A stretch of 32,000 nt of DNA from positions 4,500,001 through 4,532,000 of the forward strand of contig NC_010628.1 of NCBI RefSeq assembly GCF_000020025.1, in the 5' to 3' direction. The position numbers and the translations under genes were made by a program. The DNA is from Nostoc punctiforme PCC 73102 (lineage in GTDB: Bacteria; Cyanobacteriota; Cyanobacteriia; Cyanobacteriales; Nostocaceae). The notes below the pieces were generated by a model. It had not been told where the DNA came from, made no database searches, and saw only the letters and a list, made by a program, of their open reading frames with translations. Shown one piece after another: positions 27,601 through 32,000 of the stretch (the stretch's first letter is position 1; every line of letters starts with the position of its first letter).

Positions 27601-27782
27601 GCAGTAGCCAGCAGCCCTGCTTCCATACCACCATACCAAGCACTAACCGCCACGGCAGCAAAAAACAGCAGGAAAATAGTTGGTTTCAGTAGTGGCTGTA
27701 GCAATAGTGTTAGTAGCAATGCGCTACCAACAGCCAATAGTGCAACAGCATAGGGTGCTAGAAGGGAACGTGTTCCTTTCAA
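24663..27782 (-). CDS. Hybrid sensor histidine kinase / response regulator with DUF4118-like membrane domain and multiple PAS domains
   Basis: N-terminal TM bundle and about 4 PAS/PAC units. H box (ATLSHELRTPLNAILGW), HATPase N/G boxes (NLLSNAVKFT, DTGVGI, GGLGLGLAIV) and a C-terminal REC domain (VLIVDDEADA...VSDIGMPQQDG...PKP). The start is TTG, preceded by aaggag 8 nt upstream. Confidence 0.9.
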   Translation of the reverse strand: MKGTRSLLAPYAVALLAVGSALLLTLLLQPLLKPTIFLLFFAAVAVSAWYGGMEAGLLATALSTLTVSYFFLEPVFSLSVASLDNIRRLGLFVLVTTFITLLNSELRTAKQHLQMSLQKLKVSEAKFRRLVESNIIGIIVANMDGAIAEANDAFLRMVGYSQEDLLAGRVRWRDMIPPKYIEANNSAIAELKAKGVCQPFENEYIRKDQNCVPILLGSALLENNSNDIISFVLDLSERKQVELALCQSEERYRAFLEQSSEGIWCIELEVPISPDCPEDEQIQHFYQYVYLAECNNVMAQMYGCSRAEEIINARLGDFLIPSDPHNIAYLRNFIRSNYRLIDAESHEIDKQGNSKYFLNNLVGIVENGLLVRAWGTQRDITERKQAEAALNQQEEQLRLITNAVPVQISYVDIQQLYRFNNKGYEDWFGLPASEIYGKHIREIMGESVYQSILPYVEAVLSGEEVTYETQLPHKDGTHHYINVSYVPQFSEQGKVEGFVALITDITLHKLAEAALKQSEKRLKTLTEKVRIIPWEVNATTGNFTYVGPQTVEILGYPLSDWYIDDFWQKHMHPEDREWAIQYCQESSLSLNNYEFEYRMLAADGRVVWLYDIINVVRDENGPQLLHGFMLDITDRKQAEQEREQLLEREKAARADAESANRMKDEFLATLSHELRTPLNAILGWTQLLRNRKFDEATTARALETIERNTKSLAQLIEDVLDVSRIIRGTLHLSIHRIKLVPLVEAAIDTVRPAAEAKEINIKCKFDPEVGIVVGDTNRLQQVVWNLLSNAVKFTSKGGSVDVQLERIESSVQIRVSDTGVGIAAEFLPHVFERFRQADSSSTRSHGGLGLGLAIVRHLVELHGGTVSVESLGVGQGATFIVNLPMKAVYVEANTAEQPSSLVDVPEANNYLPRLDDLRVLIVDDEADARHLLTTILGQYGAQVIAAASACEALLALQQFRPHILVSDIGMPQQDGYALIRQVRALPTDQGGRIPAVALTAYARAEDRTQALLAGFQLHVPKPVNPSELAVVVANLTGRT

Positions 27783-27841
27783 TGTGGCTTCTCCTTTTAT
27801 GCAGCTAGCTAAAGGATTATTCCCAAAATCAGCTAGAGAAT

Positions 27842-27913
27842 GCGATGCGTTAACCAGTCTGCGTTCGCTTCTAGCGTCTCGTAGAGAGCGTCACAGCCCG
27901 TCGTAGACATCGC
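27842..27913. repeat. Repeat-like element bounded by gcgatg ... catcgc
   Basis: The terminal 6-nt segments are inverted repeats. The internal cgtcgtag...catcgc resembles the 17211..17239 copy of the dispersed family. It lies in the spacer between the cyclase and the hybrid kinase. Confidence 0.35.
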
Positions 27914-28077
27914 TCAATATTTATTATGCATCGAAATAATACACATTAAAGCAGTTATTTGCTGTGAATCTATCTAAAGGATTAAAGCTTAGTTTTAGCA
28001 GAGGTTAAACAACTAAGATTTATCGCTCTAATTATATACTTTATATTTCTCTATATCCGTCAAATAGCATACTTGTA

Positions 28078-29379
28078 TTAGTTTTTAAAATTAACTTTTT
28101 TTAGGATATAAGTCATCATTTCTCCTTTGCCTTTAACCTGAATCAAACCTCGTTTATCGAATAAGTATTTATCTTTTAAAAGCTGATAAGTTGCTTCACA
28201 AACCTGGATATTACCGGCTATTCCATGTGATTCCATTCTACTAGCAGTATTTACTGTATCTCCCCAGAGATCGTAAGCAAACTTTTTCAGACCAATCACT
28301 CCCGCTACAACTGGCCCTGTACTAATGCCAATACGGATGCTAAATAATTGATTATTTTCTGCATTAAAGATAGCTATAGCATTTTGCATATCCAACGCCA
28401 TATTAGCTATTGCTAAAGCATGATCCTTAGACTGATTTGGCAATCCGGCAACAGCCATATATGCGTCGCCAATAGTCTTGATTTTCTCTACCTTGTGAAG
28501 TTCTGCTAATTGGTCAAACAAACAGAATATTGTATTTAATAACTCGACTAATTCCGTAGGAGATGTACGAGCTGAAAGCTCTGTAAAACCAACAATATCG
28601 GCAAATAATACCGTAACTTCCATAAAACTATCAGCAATAGTTGTAGGCTGTTGTTTTAATTGTTCCGCAATCATTCCTGGCAAAATATTTAGTAGCAGCC
28701 GTTCCGATTTTTGCTGCGCCAGTTCCATTGCTTTACGCGCATAAAATTCTTTTTTTCGCAAGCGTTCGTATAAAAATACAGAAAATACACAAATTATGCA
28801 AGTCCAAAAGAAGTATAATCCTTGTTCAACATAAAAAGCTGATGGATTCTTCAATATAGGATTATATAAGAAATATAAGATTAAATAGCAAAGTATTGTT
28901 CCGAGTTGAGATATTAAATGCATCCACCATTGAACTGGTATAATTGTAGCCTGAGTAAGAAACATCAAAGTCCAAATATTGCTTCTAGGTTCCAGATTAT
29001 TAAACAACAAAGCTATATCAATTTGGACAACACAAGTTACAGCCCAGCATAAACTCAAAAAAATTAAGTCAGGATGGCGACGACCAATAGAAGTTTTACA
29101 TAAACCCCAACAAATAAAAATGAATAATTCTACGACAATCCCAATTTTAAAAGCGTATATCTTGGCTTCTAGATATGAATTTGCCCAAAGGAAAAAAGCG
29201 ATTAAAGTCAAGCCAGCTACCAGCATAATCTGGGCCTGCAATTGCAGCCGTTTTAGTAGAAAGCTCTGTCGCTGTTCTTTGTAGGATTCGGCAAGGTTAT
29301 TGTTGGTTTGCCGATTGGACATTCCGTGACTAATGAGGGCATCTAGTTGGGTTTTGTCAGAGTTAATTGGATGAATCAT
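28078..29379 (-). CDS. Membrane-anchored class III adenylate cyclase
   Basis: About 6 N-terminal TM helices, then a cyclase homology domain (VTVLFADIVGFTELS, KIKTIGDAYMAVAGLP, YDLWGDTVNTASRMES). The Lys/Asp substrate pair is consistent with ATP specificity. Confidence 0.9.
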   Translation of the reverse strand: MIHPINSDKTQLDALISHGMSNRQTNNNLAESYKEQRQSFLLKRLQLQAQIMLVAGLTLIAFFLWANSYLEAKIYAFKIGIVVELFIFICWGLCKTSIGRRHPDLIFLSLCWAVTCVVQIDIALLFNNLEPRSNIWTLMFLTQATIIPVQWWMHLISQLGTILCYLILYFLYNPILKNPSAFYVEQGLYFFWTCIICVFSVFLYERLRKKEFYARKAMELAQQKSERLLLNILPGMIAEQLKQQPTTIADSFMEVTVLFADIVGFTELSARTSPTELVELLNTIFCLFDQLAELHKVEKIKTIGDAYMAVAGLPNQSKDHALAIANMALDMQNAIAIFNAENNQLFSIRIGISTGPVVAGVIGLKKFAYDLWGDTVNTASRMESHGIAGNIQVCEATYQLLKDKYLFDKRGLIQVKGKGEMMTYILKKVNFKN

Positions 29380-29412
29380 GCACTTTTTACGTTATTAGTA
29401 ATCAATAGACTA

Positions 29413-29488
29413 GGGAATGGGGCATGGCGAATGGAAAAATTACCAATGCCCAATCCCCCATACCCAATCCCCAATACCCAATTCCCAT
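29413..29488. repeat. STRR-like short repeat tract (ccaat/cccaat/ccccaat units) with an upstream inverted G-rich arm
   Basis: The sequence ccaatgcccaatcccccatacccaatccccaatacccaattccc (29443..29486) lies immediately 5' of the helicase ATG. gggaatggggcatggcgaatgg (29413..29434) is its imperfect complement. Confidence 0.6.
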
Positions 29489-29490
29489 AA

Positions 29491-31116
29491 ATGGCTCGTA
29501 CCCCTACACTAAATTTTGATCGTGGCACATTAATTTTGCATCCACCACCACGCGGCAAAGGTTGGATGGATTATGCGACGTGGGATGATAGAGTTGAAAA
29601 ATTCCGCATTCCAGCAATTAGATACCGATCGCTAGTAGAAGCACTACAAGCGGAAGATGTGAATTTTATCGATGAGGCCAAGCAATTTTATCCTGTAGAT
29701 TTGGTTCCCACTTTGGAAATGGAACCCTATCCCCACCAGACTGAGGCGTTAGCGGCTTGGAAACTGGCGGGTAGACAAGGGGTGGTTGTGCTTCCTACGG
29801 CGGCGGGAAAGACTTATTTAGCGCAAATGGCGATGCAGTCAACGCCCCGCACAACGCTAATTGTGGTGCCAACTTTAGATTTAATGCATCAGTGGTATGC
29901 ACATTTAGTAGCGGCTTTCCCCGATGCTGAGGTGGGATTGCTGGGAGGTGGTTCGCGGGATAGAACGGCGATTCTAGTTGCAACTTATGATAGTGCAGCA
30001 ATTCACGCTGAGACGTTGGGAAATCAATATGCGCTGATTGTTTTTGATGAATGCCATCATTTACCGACAGATTTTAATCGGGTTATCGCTGAATATGCGA
30101 TCGCACCTTATCGTCTGGGACTCTCTGCTACACCCGAACGTACTGATGGTAAACACGCTGATTTAAATATTCTCATTGGAGAAGAAGTATATCGCAAACG
30201 GGCCGAGGATTTGGCGGGGAAGGCGTTAGCAGAACATGAAATTGTCCAAATTAAGGTAAAGTTATCGCAACTTGAACGGGAAAGATACAACCAGTTAATT
30301 CAAACCCGCAACGACTTTTTGAAGCAATCGAAGATTTCTTTAGGAAGTCTGCAAGGTTGGCAAATGTTTGTGCAGATGAGTGCTAGATCGCAATCTGGAC
30401 GTAGGGCGATGTTAGCGCACCGGGAAGCAAAAGATATTGCTTTGGGGACTGATGGGAAGTTGCGAATTCTGATTAATTTATTGGCAGAACATTATCCGGC
30501 AAGAATTTTAATTTTTACTGCTGATAATGCAACGGTTTACCGCATTTCTCAAGAGTTGCTAATTCCGGCTATTACTCATCAAACTCCTGTGAAGGAACGG
30601 CATGAGATACTAACTAAGTTTCGGGAGGGTAAATATAATACTTTGGTTGCTTCTCATGTGTTGAATGAAGGCGTTGATGTACCTGCGGCAACTGTTGCGA
30701 TTATTTTATCGGGGACGGGTTCGGCTAGGGAGTATACTCAGCGCTTGGGAAGGATTTTACGGAAGGGGAATATTGAGAATAAGCAGGCGATTTTGTATGA
30801 GGTTGTGGCGGAGGATACAAGTGAGGAGGGGACTTCGGCTAGGCGGAGAGGGGAGAGGAATAACGAACCGCAGAGGCGCGGAGGGCGCAGAGAGGAAGAG
30901 GAGAAAAAGGGGAAGTTACAGGTTGTGTATGGGAGTGAGAAGGAAAGGAGTTTGAAGGCTGCGGAACAGTTAGAAATTAATTATTCAGTCCAAAATCCAA
31001 AACTTGTACTGAGCGAAGTCGAAGTATCTAAAATCCAGAATTCAGATGTTACCGACAGACTTACTGATGCATCGCCAAAACGGAGAGGAGATCATTCCGA
31101 AGAGACTGAAGATTGA
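29491..31116 (+). CDS. XPB/Rad25(Ssl2)-like SF2 DNA helicase with repeat-derived C-terminal extension
   Basis: An N-terminal damage-recognition-like segment (LNFDRGTLIL) is followed by motif I (LPTAAGKT), motif II (FDECHH), motif III (GLSATPERTDG), a thumb-like insert, and motifs V and VI (ASHVLNEGVDVP, QRLGRILR). The last ~95 aa are low-complexity and repeat-encoded. Confidence 0.85.
   Translation: MARTPTLNFDRGTLILHPPPRGKGWMDYATWDDRVEKFRIPAIRYRSLVEALQAEDVNFIDEAKQFYPVDLVPTLEMEPYPHQTEALAAWKLAGRQGVVVLPTAAGKTYLAQMAMQSTPRTTLIVVPTLDLMHQWYAHLVAAFPDAEVGLLGGGSRDRTAILVATYDSAAIHAETLGNQYALIVFDECHHLPTDFNRVIAEYAIAPYRLGLSATPERTDGKHADLNILIGEEVYRKRAEDLAGKALAEHEIVQIKVKLSQLERERYNQLIQTRNDFLKQSKISLGSLQGWQMFVQMSARSQSGRRAMLAHREAKDIALGTDGKLRILINLLAEHYPARILIFTADNATVYRISQELLIPAITHQTPVKERHEILTKFREGKYNTLVASHVLNEGVDVPAATVAIILSGTGSAREYTQRLGRILRKGNIENKQAILYEVVAEDTSEEGTSARRRGERNNEPQRRGGRREEEEKKGKLQVVYGSEKERSLKAAEQLEINYSVQNPKLVLSEVEVSKIQNSDVTDRLTDASPKRRGDHSEETED
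30826..31045 (+). repeat. Cluster of dispersed-repeat sequence inside the 3' end of the helicase ORF
   Basis: It contains aaccgcagagg (30866..30876, identical to 22243..22253). It also contains gtactgagcgaagtcgaagtatc (31006..31028), whose core is the complement of cgacttcgct at 24231..24240. The region is purine-rich and low-complexity. Confidence 0.5.
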
Positions 31117-32000
31117 TCGGGGAACTTCGGATTTGGCGATTGAGTTAATTAATTATTTTCAATCAGCAGTGGGGAAGACTCAGGGTGTACTTGAGCGACA
31201 ACTGACTGATTTTGAGGGAGATTCTACAGATTATCGGGTGAAGCGAGGGTTAGCTTATATTCTCAAAAGCAGTTTTTGCACTTTTGAGGTGGTTAGTCCT
31301 TTGGAACCACAAATGTTAAGAGAACGGGTGTTTTCGTTGGCGGCAAAATCGGTTTCTAGTCGAGAATCGACACAAATTACTTTGAGTAAAATTGCTGATG
31401 AGTTAACTCAAGAACTTGAGCGGGAAGTATTATTAGAACAGGTTCGTAATGGACTATACGCTGATTTATCTGAAAATAAAATTTTGACAGTGTTTGATGC
31501 ACCAACAGCGCCAGATTTGTTAAATAGATATAACTTATCTCAAGTGCAGGGTGTGTTTTATAAAGCCAGTCAACTGGTGTTAAATGCTCATCGTAATGTT
31601 CCGGGTGAATATAAGCTGTTATTTCGCTATCTGAAGTTGTTTCAATTGATGGCTTATATTGAGGGCGATGCTGACCACGGGTTTACTATTACCATTGACG
31701 GGCCGACGAGTTTGTTTAATCCTAGTACACGATATGGGTTAGCGATCGCTAAACTTATTCCGGCTTTACTTCACGTTACTAAATGGAGTCTTTCTTCGAT
31801 TCTCCAAACCCGCGACGCTTATACAAATGCTTGGAAAACTGGACGTTTCACCCTCAATTCTGAATGTGGTTTAGTATCCCACTATCCACCAGGGAAACCC
31901 TACGATAGTATGCTAGAAGCATCCTTTGCTGATAAGTGGGATGCTTTGAAAAGCGGCTGGGCATTAGAGCGAGAAGTTGATTTGATCCCAATCCCCGGTA
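31046..32000 (+). CDS. DUF790 family (Bax1-like) endonuclease, 3' end outside window
   Basis: Not in the supplied ORF track because it runs off the window. Translation from the ATG at 31046 gives MLPTDLLMHRQNGEEIIPKRLKIDRG... and ends at the window edge with ...YDSMLEASFADKWDALKSGWALEREVDLIPIPG, which matches DUF790 N-terminal and nuclease-core patterns. It overlaps the helicase ORF by 71 nt. An alternative start is at 31067. Confidence 0.85.
   Translation, partial: MLPTDLLMHRQNGEEIIPKRLKIDRGTSDLAIELINYFQSAVGKTQGVLERQLTDFEGDSTDYRVKRGLAYILKSSFCTFEVVSPLEPQMLRERVFSLAAKSVSSRESTQITLSKIADELTQELEREVLLEQVRNGLYADLSENKILTVFDAPTAPDLLNRYNLSQVQGVFYKASQLVLNAHRNVPGEYKLLFRYLKLFQLMAYIEGDADHGFTITIDGPTSLFNPSTRYGLAIAKLIPALLHVTKWSLSSILQTRDAYTNAWKTGRFTLNSECGLVSHYPPGKPYDSMLEASFADKWDALKSGWALEREVDLIPIPG

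Noticed and set aside
29376-29558. 60-aa ORF on the - strand across the cyclase/helicase spacer
   Set aside because: It is encoded by the STRR-like tract (GIGYGGLGIG) and overlaps the helicase start. It is spurious.

Overview
The window looks like a chromosomal segment from a filamentous (Nostocales-type) cyanobacterium. This placement is inferred from frequent HIP1 octamers (GCGATCGC, e.g. 2101..2108 and 2392..2399), a CCCCAAT/STRR-like tract, and several small dispersed repeat families in spacers and even inside genes. I found no rRNA, tRNA, CRISPR array, transposase or integrase. Housekeeping genes: clpC (5' partial), an AI-2E/PerM-type permease, a fused pyrF-pyrE, a b-type cytochrome, dnaG, recQ, an O-methyltransferase and a cell-wall hydrolase. 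Signalling genes: an AraC regulator, a PAS histidine-kinase-like protein, a multi-PAS hybrid kinase and a class III adenylate cyclase. The accessory-looking content, in order of interest: (1) three paralogous AAA_35/STAND-like NTPases. Two carry an N-terminal LuxR/sigma-r4-like HTH, and one ends in a coiled coil plus a TM helix. Two of them sit in tandem directly against a higBA toxin-antitoxin cassette. (2) An XPB/Rad25-like helicase and DUF790 (Bax1-like) nuclease pair, with the helicase C-terminus extended by repeat-derived sequence. (3) Several proteins whose key catalytic residues appear substituted: kinase H-box His to Asn, and amidase His to Lys and Glu to Gln. (4) Tandem arrays with periods of 14, 21 and 42 bp, and a 28-nt dispersed repeat that occurs in frame inside two ORFs. 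All family assignments come from motif recognition by eye. No database search was run.
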